Shown: piece after piece, positions 1-9,323 of the stretch
How the letters are laid out: every line of letters begins with the position of its first letter
How positions within the stretch are numbered: the first letter of the stretch is position 1
Origin: Hyphomonadaceae bacterium
Lineage (GTDB): Bacteria; Pseudomonadota; Alphaproteobacteria; Caulobacterales; Hyphomonadaceae
NCBI GenBank assembly: GCA_022844475.1
Contig: JALHLR010000004.1
Coordinates: 9,004-73,003, forward strand
DNA: 64,000 nucleotides
Reading direction: 5' to 3'
Translations under genes and position numbers: made by a program
Notes under the pieces: model-generated
Seen by the model: the letters and a program-made list of their open reading frames with translations, nothing else
Databases searched by the model: none
Told to the model about the DNA's origin: nothing

Positions 1-1
1 G

Positions 2-952
2 CCCGCCACCACGGCTTCGACGATCAAGCAGTACGTCACACACTGCCCGTCCAACGAGGACACGGTGAAACGCGCTGTACTGCGTTCGATCATCAAGGCC
101 CGCTCTACAGACCAGGGCATCGTGTTCTGCAACCGCAAGACGGAAGTAGACATCGTCGCCAAGTCGCTGGCGAGCCACGGCTTCGACGCCGCCCCGATCC
201 ACGGCGACCTTCCGCAGAGCCAGCGAACCGCCACGCTCGACCGCTTCCGCAACAAGGAGCTGAAGCTCCTCGTTGCTTCAGATGTCGCTGCGCGCGGCCT
301 CGACATTCCGGAAGTTAGCCAGGTCTTCAACTACGCCCCGCCGCCGAATTCCGACGACTACGTCCACCGCATCGGCCGCACAGGCCGGGCCGGCCGATCG
401 GGCGAGAGCTTTACCATTGTCTCCCCCGGCGACGCCCGCCTCTGGGACGCCGTTGCCAAGCGCATCTCCAAGGATGTCGAGATTTTCATTCCGGAAGGCA
501 TGGACGACGCCGTCGGTGAAGCTCGTAGCCGCGGACCCGCTATCGGCCGTGACCGGTTCGACCGCAAGCGCGGCAGGGGCGGTCGCGGCCGCGGCCCTGA
601 CCGCGAGGAGCGGTCAGAAGGACCAGCTGCGCCAGCAGCAGCCGTTGAGGCCGAACCCGTCGCTATTCCGGTCGTCCCGTTTGAAGCTCTGGAGGTCGTG
701 GCGGAGCTGCCCGCCCGCACTGAGGACCACACCCAGCCGGAGCGCTCTGGCCGACGCGACCGCAAACGTGGACGGGACAGGGATAGCCGGCCCAGAGAGA
801 GTGGCGGCCAGCCGAATCGGGAAAGCAGCCGCAATCGGCACGGCGAGCGCCAGCCCGGCGAGGGCCAGGGCGGCGACGACAACTTCAAGGGCATGGGCGA
901 CCACGTCCCAGCTTTCCTGCTCCGAACCCTCGGGAAACGCCAGGACGCCTAG
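2..952 (+). CDS. DEAD-box ATP-dependent RNA helicase, C-terminal part (5' end outside window) with Arg/Gly/Glu-rich tail
   Basis: Frame is open from base 2. Helicase C-domain motifs IVFCNRK, LVASDVAARGLDIP and HRIGRTGRAG. Low-complexity RGRGGRGRG and RDRKRGRDRD tail. Confidence 0.85.
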   Translation, partial: PATTASTIKQYVTHCPSNEDTVKRAVLRSIIKARSTDQGIVFCNRKTEVDIVAKSLASHGFDAAPIHGDLPQSQRTATLDRFRNKELKLLVASDVAARGLDIPEVSQVFNYAPPPNSDDYVHRIGRTGRAGRSGESFTIVSPGDARLWDAVAKRISKDVEIFIPEGMDDAVGEARSRGPAIGRDRFDRKRGRGGRGRGPDREERSEGPAAPAAAVEAEPVAIPVVPFEALEVVAELPARTEDHTQPERSGRRDRKRGRDRDSRPRESGGQPNRESSRNRHGERQPGEGQGGDDNFKGMGDHVPAFLLRTLGKRQDA

Positions 953-1065
953 GCGCGCTGGTAAACACTTTCCGAACAGGCCCGCCCCGTCTTAGCCAAT
1001 CCGTAACAGCTTTCGTTCAAGAATACGCGCGGACACTGCGTGGGACGCGCAGCGTTTCCAAGGAA

Positions 1066-2139
1066 TTGGGCGACATGCTGAACAGTCAACTTACCGGGCC
1101 TGAAGGTGTACTTCTCGGGCACCGCACGATCGACGAGATCGGCCGTCAGATTCTTCCGGTGAGCCCGCAGAACTACGAAGTCTGGCTCACCTACCTGACC
1201 CACGCCTCGCCAGACCTTCGTCAGGCTGTCGACAAGCTGATCGCTAGCGGCAAGCCCATTTCTTCCGATGACATGGAACAGATCTACGAGCGGTTCTTCT
1301 CGACCACGCACCTGTCGACCCAGGTCATGGAAACCGGCACGCGGATCGCCCACGAGATCGCGGACGCGCTTGACGCTCTCAAGCGGGCTGGCGCCACAAC
1401 CGAGCGCTACGGCGCCACCCTTAACGTCGCAGCAGACTCGCTTCAGAACTCGACCATCGATGGCGATGCGCTAAAGCGCCTGATCAACGTCCTCGCCTCC
1501 GCCACCACCGAAATGTCCAAGCAGAATTCCACCCTCTCCCACAAGCTGGCCCAGTCGAGCCAGGAGATGGAGAAACTGCGTACGTCCCTGCGCCAGGCTC
1601 GCGCCGAGGCGCTGACCGATGCACTAACAGGCATTGCGAACCGCAAGCTGTTCGACGAGACGCTGCGCCTGCGCAAGGAGGAGGCCGACACGGAGCGAAC
1701 CGAGCTGGCTCTGCTGCTGGGCGACATCGACCACTTCAAGTCGTTCAACGACACATGGGGCCATCAGACGGGCGATCAGGTCATCCGCTTCGTCGCCTCG
1801 GCCCTCACAAAATTCGCCCTGCCCGACCATCTGGTCGCACGCTATGGCGGCGAAGAGTTCGCCGTGATCATGCCGCGCACCTCGCTCAGGGACGCCGGCC
1901 GCATCGCCGATCAGATTCGCACGGCAATCGAGGCCAAGCGCCTCGTCCGCCGCTCCACAAACGAGACGATCGGCGCCGTCACCGTCTCCTTCGGCGCGGC
2001 AATCTACGTACCAGGCGAAACAGTCGGTACGCTGATCTCCCGCGCGGATGAATGTCTCTACATGTCCAAACGTAGCGGACGGAACCGGGTTACCCTCGAA
2101 ACCCAGTTGCCGCCTATACCGGCAAGCTCGGCGGCCTAG
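1066..2139 (+). CDS. Diguanylate cyclase (GGDEF domain) with uncharacterised coiled-coil-like N-terminal region
   Basis: C-terminal half has DIDHFKSFNDTWGH, RYGGEEFAV and LYMSKRSGRNRV. Track start is TTG 1066; ATG 1075 preceded by AAGGA is an equally plausible start. Confidence 0.85.
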   Translation: MGDMLNSQLTGPEGVLLGHRTIDEIGRQILPVSPQNYEVWLTYLTHASPDLRQAVDKLIASGKPISSDDMEQIYERFFSTTHLSTQVMETGTRIAHEIADALDALKRAGATTERYGATLNVAADSLQNSTIDGDALKRLINVLASATTEMSKQNSTLSHKLAQSSQEMEKLRTSLRQARAEALTDALTGIANRKLFDETLRLRKEEADTERTELALLLGDIDHFKSFNDTWGHQTGDQVIRFVASALTKFALPDHLVARYGGEEFAVIMPRTSLRDAGRIADQIRTAIEAKRLVRRSTNETIGAVTVSFGAAIYVPGETVGTLISRADECLYMSKRSGRNRVTLETQLPPIPASSAA

Positions 2140-2146
2140 GCGCACC

Positions 2147-3238
2147 CTATTCCTTCGGCAGCGCGTCGCCTTGTGGCGACACGATGCGCCGCCGCCGTCT
2201 CTCGGAAAGGCGCTCAGCGATAATTCTGCGTACCGGCCGGTCGTACAACAGATCCGCTGCAACAGCCGCCCCGCACGCGAGCGCAAAGAATGGCAGCATT
2301 AGCAGCTTGTAGGACTGTTCAGGGTTCATCTCGGCAAGCACGTGCCCGAAGTGCAGGACGGGTGTGTGGATGGCGTAGAGCGCGTAAGAGAAACCGCCCG
2401 CGAGGAGAAACAGCCGCAGAAGCTTCGGTGACGACGGCTCGCTCTGCGTGCCCGCGAGGATCAGCACGGGAAACAGGATGATCACGCAGACCGCGTCGTA
2501 AAGCCAGCGCACCTCGGCGGGTTTGGGAATGACAAGGAGCGCGGCGGTGATCGCCAGCAGGATCGACCAGTGGATTCTGGGGAGGGAGATGCGGTGACGC
2601 AGACGGCTTAGCAGGACGCCGGCGCTGAACGAGAAACCCACCCGCGCAACACCGCCAAGATAGTCTGACATCAGGAACCCGGTCTCCAACGTGCCAAGCA
2701 CGTAACTGATCCCCACAATCGCCAGCGCACACGCAGCTGCAACGGCGCCCACGACACGTAGTGACAGCCACGCAAATGCGATCGCGAAGATCACGTTGAT
2801 CTGCACCTCGAGGATCAGCGACCAGTATGGTCCGTTCAGCGGCACTATCAGCGCTTCCGGTTCCATCGCTGGATAGGGCAGGAAAAACAGCGCTGAAATG
2901 AACTGAAGCATGAGCACACCAACTGACTCACGGCCTAAACCGAACGCAGTGTCGATCAAGGCGGCGACCAGGCCGAGGGCGAGCCCAAGAGCGAAAAGCG
3001 GATAAAGCCGGAGCAGGCGTCGTCCGATGAATTCCTTCATCTTCATGCCACCTGCAAGCCTCGCATCATACGCATGCGCGATGACAAAGCCGCTGAGCAC
3101 AAAAAAGAAATCCACCGCCAGATAGGGACTTTGCGGATTGTTGTTCAGTAATCCGGCGTGGAATGCAGCGACCACGAAGGCGGCAATGCCGCGCATCGCG
3201 TCAAGCGTATGCATCTTCGGAGCAGGCGAAGCGATCAT
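2147..3238 (-). CDS. Acyltransferase family 3 integral membrane protein (O-acyltransferase type)
   Basis: Polytopic hydrophobic protein with N-terminal LDAMRGIAAFVVAAFH and FFFVLSGFVI motifs. The ORF extends to 3415, but codons 3239-3415 have poor third-position GC, so ATG 3238 is preferred. Confidence 0.75.
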   Translation of the reverse strand: MIASPAPKMHTLDAMRGIAAFVVAAFHAGLLNNNPQSPYLAVDFFFVLSGFVIAHAYDARLAGGMKMKEFIGRRLLRLYPLFALGLALGLVAALIDTAFGLGRESVGVLMLQFISALFFLPYPAMEPEALIVPLNGPYWSLILEVQINVIFAIAFAWLSLRVVGAVAAACALAIVGISYVLGTLETGFLMSDYLGGVARVGFSFSAGVLLSRLRHRISLPRIHWSILLAITAALLVIPKPAEVRWLYDAVCVIILFPVLILAGTQSEPSSPKLLRLFLLAGGFSYALYAIHTPVLHFGHVLAEMNPEQSYKLLMLPFFALACGAAVAADLLYDRPVRRIIAERLSERRRRRIVSPQGDALPKE

Positions 3239-4045
3239 GAGACTTCGTTCCCTGCAAGAATTGTCAGCCGCGACGTTCGCGCTAACGGAATCTTGTTGAG
3301 CATTGGCATTTCCGCCGACAGCTAGACAAAAGCCCGGAGACGTTGACGGGTTCTCAGGTCTACCTTGAGCGTTGTCCAGCGGATCGGCGGCCGGAATAGC
3401 CACCCGGGTTTTCACCGGGTCCTGACGGTTGACGCAGCATACGCGACGTTCCTGCGCTCACAAGGACTCTGTTTGCGTCTGTAAGCGGCGCCGCTCGAAC
3501 CCACTTACCCGGATCGCGATGGGGCAACGCTCGATCGGGTTGACGGCAGATTTCGCGCGCGGGGCGAATTGCGAAGCGCTTTTCGACTGCTCGCTCAGGG
3601 GGTCGTTCATTTCTTCGCCCTCGCCCTGGCCTTCACACGCCTCGCCGACTCTTTCGTCGTCGACGATGTTGCACGCGGCAATACCTCCGCTTTTCCTGCA
3701 GGCTTGGTCTGTCGCATCCCCTTCCTCTTGATCGCTGCTGCATGGGACCGCTTCGCGATCGCAGCTGTCTAATCGGGCTTGTCTGCAACCGTCTCGGGAA
3801 GGTGCCACGGGCCCATGTCGCCCACCGCACAATCGCGCTTCATGAAATACGCCTACGGTGCCGAGGCTTGGGTCTGCAATTCCGCCTGAAGATCGTCATC
3901 GACGTGCACATGGATGACGTCATCGTCCAGACAGACAAACATCACGCCGTCACGGAACAGTCCTACACGACCGAACTTGCCGTCCGCCTCAACGCGACCG
4001 ACGCCCGCAAACAGCTCAAGAGCATAGTCTGTGAAGCCTGGGGGA

Positions 4046-4063
4046 AAGCGGCAGAGCGGCTTT
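4046..4063 (-). terminator. Candidate hairpin about 35 nt downstream of sufA (possible suf operon terminator)
   Basis: AAAGCgGC-AGA-GCgGCTTT imperfect stem flanked by T/C-rich sequence on both strands. Read by eye only. Confidence 0.3.
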
Positions 4064-4097
4064 TCCGTGTCGCGACGGATAATGTAGCCGACTGCAG

Positions 4098-4460
4098 CTA
4101 CTCGGCAGCCTGCGCCGGAACGATGGTGACGCTCTCGCCGCAGCCGCATGCGTCCGTCTGGTTCGGATTGCGGAACGTGAATTTGGAATGCATCGGCGAG
4201 ACTTCGTAGTCGACTACGGAGCCGAGCAGAAACAGCACGGCTTTGGCGTCGATCACGATCGACACGCCATTGTCGTCCACGCGCTCGTCCGTCGCGCTGA
4301 CGGCGTCGACGAACTCCATCGTGTATTCCATTCCCGCGCAGCCTGCATTCTTCACGCCCACGCGCAGGAACCCGCCGGCCTTGTCAGCCAGCACCTCACG
4401 GACGCGCGCAGCAGCGGCGTCTGAGAGTGTCACAACCTTGGGGCGGGGGCGTCTGGCCAT
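4098..4460 (-). CDS. sufA: A-type Fe-S cluster carrier (HesB/IscA/SufA family)
   Basis: GCAGMEY motif and C-terminal CGCGESV cysteine motif. Last gene of the suf operon. Confidence 0.85.
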   Translation of the reverse strand: MARRPRPKVVTLSDAAAARVREVLADKAGGFLRVGVKNAGCAGMEYTMEFVDAVSATDERVDDNGVSIVIDAKAVLFLLGSVVDYEVSPMHSKFTFRNPNQTDACGCGESVTIVPAQAAE

Positions 4461-4488
4461 TGTTCCTATGTGGCTACCGCAAACCGGC

Positions 4489-4875
4489 TTACAACATGTT
4501 GAGAGCGAGACGGGCTTCGTCGCTCATCCGCGAGGGGTCCCATGGCGGGTCGAACACGATGGTCGCCTTGGCCGACTTGACGCCCTCCACCTTGCGTGCG
4601 GCGTCCTCCACCCAGCCTGGCATTTCACCGGCTACGGGGCACGCAGGGGCCGTCAGCGTCATTTCGACGTCGACATGCCGGTCGTCATTGATGTCGACTT
4701 TGTAGATCAGTCCCAGTTCGTAGATGTCGACAGGGATTTCCGGGTCATAGACCTTTTTGAGCTCCTGGATCAGGTCGTCCGTAATCCGGTCCAGCTCGCC
4801 CTGCGGAATCGCCGATGGCTTCGCCCCACCCTCAGGGGCACCCTCGGCGATCTGGTGTGTCAGGTCGTCAGCCAT
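4489..4875 (-). CDS. sufT: SUF-associated DUF59/MIP18-family Fe-S assembly protein (SufT-like)
   Basis: VYDPEIPVDIYELGLIY and TLTAPACPVAG motifs typical of DUF59. Lies between sufS and sufA. Confidence 0.8.
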   Translation of the reverse strand: MADDLTHQIAEGAPEGGAKPSAIPQGELDRITDDLIQELKKVYDPEIPVDIYELGLIYKVDINDDRHVDVEMTLTAPACPVAGEMPGWVEDAARKVEGVKSAKATIVFDPPWDPSRMSDEARLALNML

Positions 4876-4882
4876 GGCTTCT

Positions 4883-6100
4883 CTATGACAGCATAAGACG
4901 GGCCTTGGAAAGCGCCTCCACGAACGTGTCGACCTCCTCGACCGTGTTGTAGAGAGCGAAGCTTGCCCGGGCGGTTGCCCCTACTCCAAGATGGGACATC
5001 AGTGGCTGGGCGCAATGATGGCCGGCCCGAATCGCCACCCCCTGCCGGTCGAGGATCTGGGCGAGGTCATGCGGGTGGGCGCCCTGGATCGAGAAGGCCA
5101 GGACCGGCCCTTTTCCGACTGCGGTTCCGTGGATCGTGAAACCGTTCACGCCCCTCAGCGCGTTCGTGGCGCGGGCCAGAAGGGCCTGCTTGTGGGCATG
5201 GATCGCCTGCCGGTCCTGCGCCTGCAGCCAGCCTATTGCCGCTCCCAGGCCAATCGCCTCGACGATGGGCGGCGTACCGGCCTCGAAACGGTGGGGCGCG
5301 GAGTTGTAGGTCACAACCTCGCGACCTACGGTTTCGATCATCTCGCCGCCGCCCTCGAACGGCGGCAGCGCCTCCAGCCTCTCCAGTTTGCCATAAAGGA
5401 AGCCGATCCCTGTAGGTCCATAAAGTTTGTGACCCGTGCCGACATAGAAGTCGGCATCGAGATCACGAACATCGACGTTGAGGTTCACGACAGCCTGACA
5501 GCCGTCGAGCAGGACCTGCGCGCCGACGCCATGCGCCATGGCGATCGCGGTCTTCACATCCGGAACGGTCCCCAGCACGTTCGACATATGCGTGAGTGCC
5601 AGCATGCGCGTCCTGGGGCCAAGCTGCCGCGCAAGGCTCTCCATGTCGAGCGAGCCGTCAGGCAGCGTCTCGACCCATTTCAGCACCGCACCCTTGCGCT
5701 CGCGCAGGAAATGCCACGGCACGATGTTGGAGTGATGCTCCATGATCGAGAGCACAATCTCATCGCCCGGCTTGATGCCCGCGCCGATCCCGGAGGCGAC
5801 GATGTTGACGGCCTCGGTGCCGCCCTTTGTGAAGACGATCTCCTCGGGGGACCCGGCATTGATCAGAGCGCGGACTGCTTCGCGCGCAGCCTCATAGGCC
5901 TGCGTCGTCTCGTTGGCGAGCGTGTGCAGCCCGCGATGCACGTTGGCGTAGCTGTGGCGCATCGCGCCCGCCATCGCATCGATGACCGCATCCGGTTTCT
6001 GCGCCGAAGCCGCATTGTCGAAATACACGAGCGGCTTGCCGTGCACGGTGCGGCCAAGAATCGGGAATTGCTTTCGGATGGCATGAACGTCAAACGTCAT
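4883..6100 (-). CDS. sufS: Cysteine desulfurase, class II
   Basis: PLP-lysine context GTGHKLYGPTG and catalytic Cys context RAGHHCAQP. ATGA overlap with sufD. Confidence 0.9.
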   Translation of the reverse strand: MTFDVHAIRKQFPILGRTVHGKPLVYFDNAASAQKPDAVIDAMAGAMRHSYANVHRGLHTLANETTQAYEAAREAVRALINAGSPEEIVFTKGGTEAVNIVASGIGAGIKPGDEIVLSIMEHHSNIVPWHFLRERKGAVLKWVETLPDGSLDMESLARQLGPRTRMLALTHMSNVLGTVPDVKTAIAMAHGVGAQVLLDGCQAVVNLNVDVRDLDADFYVGTGHKLYGPTGIGFLYGKLERLEALPPFEGGGEMIETVGREVVTYNSAPHRFEAGTPPIVEAIGLGAAIGWLQAQDRQAIHAHKQALLARATNALRGVNGFTIHGTAVGKGPVLAFSIQGAHPHDLAQILDRQGVAIRAGHHCAQPLMSHLGVGATARASFALYNTVEEVDTFVEALSKARLMLS

Positions 6101-7104
6101 GACGTCCCACCCAGCCAGGCATCAATGCGCATCTCAACCTCGGCGCGCACGGCCTCGTCGATCCAGTCCGGTAGCGCCTCCAGCAGGAAAGCGCGCGTGA
6201 TCATCGCCCGCGCTTCGATGTCTGGGATACCGCGCTGGCGCAGATAGAAGACCGCATCTTCGTCGATCTGGCCCGCCGTGTTGCCATGCGCACAGGCGAC
6301 ATCGTCGGCGTAGATTTCCAGTTCAGGCTTGGCGAAGACCTCGGCGCCCTCCTCAAGCAGAAGAGCATTGTGCGCCATCTCGGCGTCGGTCTTCTGCCCT
6401 GCGCGCTCGACCAGAAACTTGCCCTGGAACACGCCGCGTCCACCCTTGCGTGCGACGCCGCGAACGAGTTGTCGCGTATGCACGCCCGGCGCGGCGTGTG
6501 CGACGCGCGAAGTCAGGTCGACATGCCGGTTTGCAGCGGCGAGGTAGACTGCATTCATCTCGACAACAGCGCCTCCAGCTGCCGTGACGGAAGTCTCGAT
6601 CCGCGTCAGCCGCGAGCCCTCCGCGACCACGAACTGCCGAAACGATGCGCCTTCGCCCAGCTTCACGACGACCTCGTTGAGAACAATTGCCGCGTCGCGC
6701 TCGTCCGCTGGGGCTGAATTTGCCTGCATGACGATCCGATGCAACGCAGCGCCGGGCTCGATCTCGATCCTGGCGTAAGCCGGAAGGAAGGGTCGCAAGC
6801 GCGAACCCGAGACGCCGATCCGTTCGATCATTGTCGCCGTCGCGCCAGCCTTGACGATGACGCTGCCATACTGGCCTGCATCGCCTTCGGTGATCCCGCT
6901 TTCGAATGTATCACCCGGCGCCTCAACCACAAGCGCGCTCGCGCCGTAGCCGTCGCCAAACATCTCGGCGAGCGCAGCGATTGGCCCTTCGGCCGGCATC
7001 GCCCCCGTGCCGATCAGCACGGATTCCTGGTTGCTCATGGCCGCGCGAAGGTCAGACCATTTCCAGGCTTCTGTGCGACGAGATGGCAGGTCGGCGAGGT
7101 CCAT
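6097..7104 (-). CDS. sufD: Fe-S cluster assembly protein SufD
   Basis: C-terminal PELEIYADDVACAHGNTAGQIDEDAVFYLRQRGI is the SufB/D signature. TGATG overlap with the sufC stop. Confidence 0.85.
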   Translation of the reverse strand: MDLADLPSRRTEAWKWSDLRAAMSNQESVLIGTGAMPAEGPIAALAEMFGDGYGASALVVEAPGDTFESGITEGDAGQYGSVIVKAGATATMIERIGVSGSRLRPFLPAYARIEIEPGAALHRIVMQANSAPADERDAAIVLNEVVVKLGEGASFRQFVVAEGSRLTRIETSVTAAGGAVVEMNAVYLAAANRHVDLTSRVAHAAPGVHTRQLVRGVARKGGRGVFQGKFLVERAGQKTDAEMAHNALLLEEGAEVFAKPELEIYADDVACAHGNTAGQIDEDAVFYLRQRGIPDIEARAMITRAFLLEALPDWIDEAVRAEVEMRIDAWLGGTS

Positions 7105-7865
7105 CAGTCGACCTTCAGGAACTGGTCATAGCCGGATTTCTCCAGCTCCAGCGCAAGGTCCGGCCCGCCCGACTTCACGATGCGCCCGGCCGAGAGGATG
7201 TGGACGCGATCCGGTTTGATGTAGTCGAGGAGGCGCTGATAGTGCGTGATCACCAGCATCCCACGACCTGCGCCGCGCAACGCGTTGACGCCCTCGGCCA
7301 CCACCTTCAACGCATCGATGTCCAGCCCGCTGTCCGTCTCATCGAGGATCATGAAGCGCGGTTGAAGCATCAGCATCTGGTAGATTTCGAGCCGCTTTTT
7401 CTCGCCGCCCGAGAACCCGACATTCAGCGGCCGCTTCAGCATGTCGGAATCGATGCGCAGCTTGGTCGCGGCCAGTTTCGAAAGCTTCAGGAATTCCGGC
7501 GCGGAGACCTCAGGCTCACCCCGCGCCTTGCGCTGTGCGTTCATCGCCGCCCGCACGAACGTCATCACCGGCACGCCAGCGATCTCAAGTGGATACTGAA
7601 AGGACAGGAACAGCCCCTTCGCCGCCCGCACTTCCGGCTCAAGCGACAACAAGTCCGTGCCATCGAATGTCGCAGAGCCGCCGGTCACGTCGTAGCCATG
7701 CTTGCCAGTGAGGACATACGACAAGGTCGACTTGCCGGAGCCGTTCGGCCCCATGATCGCGTGGACTTCCCCGGCGGGCACGGCGAGCGAGAGACCCTTC
7801 AGGATCTCCCGCGACGGCCCGTCCTCGGGCACCACGTGTGCGTGAAGGTTATTCAGTTCCAGCAT
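7104..7865 (-). CDS. sufC: Fe-S cluster assembly ATPase SufC
   Basis: Walker A GPNGSGKST, signature FSGGEKKR, Walker B ILDETDSGLD. Start placed at MLELNNL (ATG 7865); the track ORF runs to 7892. Confidence 0.9.
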   Translation of the reverse strand: MLELNNLHAHVVPEDGPSREILKGLSLAVPAGEVHAIMGPNGSGKSTLSYVLTGKHGYDVTGGSATFDGTDLLSLEPEVRAAKGLFLSFQYPLEIAGVPVMTFVRAAMNAQRKARGEPEVSAPEFLKLSKLAATKLRIDSDMLKRPLNVGFSGGEKKRLEIYQMLMLQPRFMILDETDSGLDIDALKVVAEGVNALRGAGRGMLVITHYQRLLDYIKPDRVHILSAGRIVKSGGPDLALELEKSGYDQFLKVD

Positions 7866-8011
7866 GAAACGCCTGCAAACACGGAACTTCACACGTCCCG
7901 GACCCTCTAGATAGGCCCGGTGCCCCCTTTGCGCGAGACGTGTGCGCGAGGTTTCCGGTCCGATTGGCTCGGTGTTTCCAGCCCCCGCGCCGAAAAGTCC
8001 AGTGCTGTCGC

Positions 8012-8791
8012 CTAAGGTGTCCTGGGAACGGGAGGAGAGGCGGCGTCAGGTACAGGCGCCATATCCTTGATTAACGCCAGGACGGGGGCTTCGGCGCAGA
8101 ACTGCGCTTTGGCCGAGTCTGCGGTCATGCCGGAGGCCAGCAGTTCCTCGTCTTCCTCGATGGAGCACTCAACCCCGGTAACCTTGTCAGCCTCGCCGCG
8201 CACCTCGACACGCGCCGTGACGCCCTGCTGGAGCTCTTCTCCGAGCAGTTTGTAGAAGGTGACGTAATACTCGGCCGCGCTCGAGCGTCCCTGCACGGCG
8301 AGATAGCCGCTTTCGGTCTTCTCGATCTCGACGCCGCTCGGCTCGCCAACGCGGGCGAACTTGCCTTCGCTCGTCTGCTTCCAGAACGCCCAGGTTGTGT
8401 TCACATTGCCCGTTTCAAGCGGGATCAGGATGTCCACCATCCCGTCCTTGTCGACGTCTTCCAGGGTCGGCCCGTTGAAGGTGTTGCCCATCCGCTCCTC
8501 GATGGTCTGGAGAGTTGCATCGCCCGCAGCGACGACCTGCACTGTGACCTTCGTGGAGTCGTCTTCAGCGGGTGTATAGCGCGCCTCGATCGCCATCCCC
8601 GACTGGTCGGGCAGGATCATGCGGCAGTCAGGGTGCTTCCATCCTTCCGCGCCTGCGTCCTCCGCTTCGACCGCCGCGCATTCGGGCAGCGGCATCCGCT
8701 TGGCATTGGCGCCACCGGCCTCTTCGGTGGGGGCGGGCGAGCAGGCCGCCAGACCAAGAACGGTCGCGCAGATTGCCAGCTGGAGTTTCAT
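8012..8791 (-). CDS. Predicted lipoprotein of unknown function, inserted in the suf operon
   Basis: MKLQLAICATVLGLAAC lipobox. GAGGGGA Shine-Dalgarno before ATG 8791. DVDKDGMVDILIP resembles an FG-GAP/VCBS-type Ca-binding turn. No family recognised. Confidence 0.6.
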   Translation of the reverse strand: MKLQLAICATVLGLAACSPAPTEEAGGANAKRMPLPECAAVEAEDAGAEGWKHPDCRMILPDQSGMAIEARYTPAEDDSTKVTVQVVAAGDATLQTIEERMGNTFNGPTLEDVDKDGMVDILIPLETGNVNTTWAFWKQTSEGKFARVGEPSGVEIEKTESGYLAVQGRSSAAEYYVTFYKLLGEELQQGVTARVEVRGEADKVTGVECSIEEDEELLASGMTADSAKAQFCAEAPVLALIKDMAPVPDAASPPVPRTP

Positions 8792-8864
8792 GCAGGATCC
8801 CCTCGTGATCCGCCGGGAATAGTGCAGAAGGCTTCCCCGCGCCAGCTTACGCTGCCGCAATCCA

Positions 8865-9323
8865 TCAGATCGCCATCCCGAGATAGATGTGCAGGTCCGT
8901 CTTCACCTTTGCCGGATCGTCGTCCCAATCGCCATAGACCTCCAGCGACATTGGTGCGCGCCTCAACCCCCGGGCCTTGATGTCGTCATGAATCCGGCCA
9001 TACGTCGCCGGCATCGACGCGTAGTCGCCCCAGTGCGGCGCGGTGATCACGCGCCCCCCAGGCACATGGACCGCCTTCACATCCGGATCGGAGCTGCCCG
9101 CCTCGCGGTCAAGAACGCCAATCAGCAGCCTAGCTCCCTCGCGGGTCTCGTTCTGGTAGAGGATGAAGTTGTGTCCGTGGCCGGGCTTCAGGGCGTCGGG
9201 GGCGTAGAGTCGATCGAAGGTCCGGCGGATTGAAGATCCCACATCAGCCCATCGTACAATTGCTTCGATGCCGGCGCCGTTTTGAGGTTTGAGGTCGATG
9301 ATGTGTACGCCGACCATCTCCAC
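8865..9323 (-). CDS. GyrI-like (AraC effector-binding/SOUL-like) small-molecule-binding domain protein
   Basis: About 150 aa. Pattern FILYQNE...IGV...VHVPGGRVITAPHWGDY...YGRIHDDIKARGL...SLEVYGDW resembles the GyrI-like fold. Starts directly after the sufB stop. Confidence 0.55.
   Translation of the reverse strand: MEMVGVHIIDLKPQNGAGIEAIVRWADVGSSIRRTFDRLYAPDALKPGHGHNFILYQNETREGARLLIGVLDREAGSSDPDVKAVHVPGGRVITAPHWGDYASMPATYGRIHDDIKARGLRRAPMSLEVYGDWDDDPAKVKTDLHIYLGMAI

Noticed and set aside
3853-4149. 98-aa minus-strand ORF downstream of sufA as a real gene.
   Set aside because: Its only start (ATG 4149) lies inside sufA. It would also read through the candidate terminator hairpin at 4046-4063, and the opposite strand scores equally well for codon bias. 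It is kept only as part of the unresolved-region finding.
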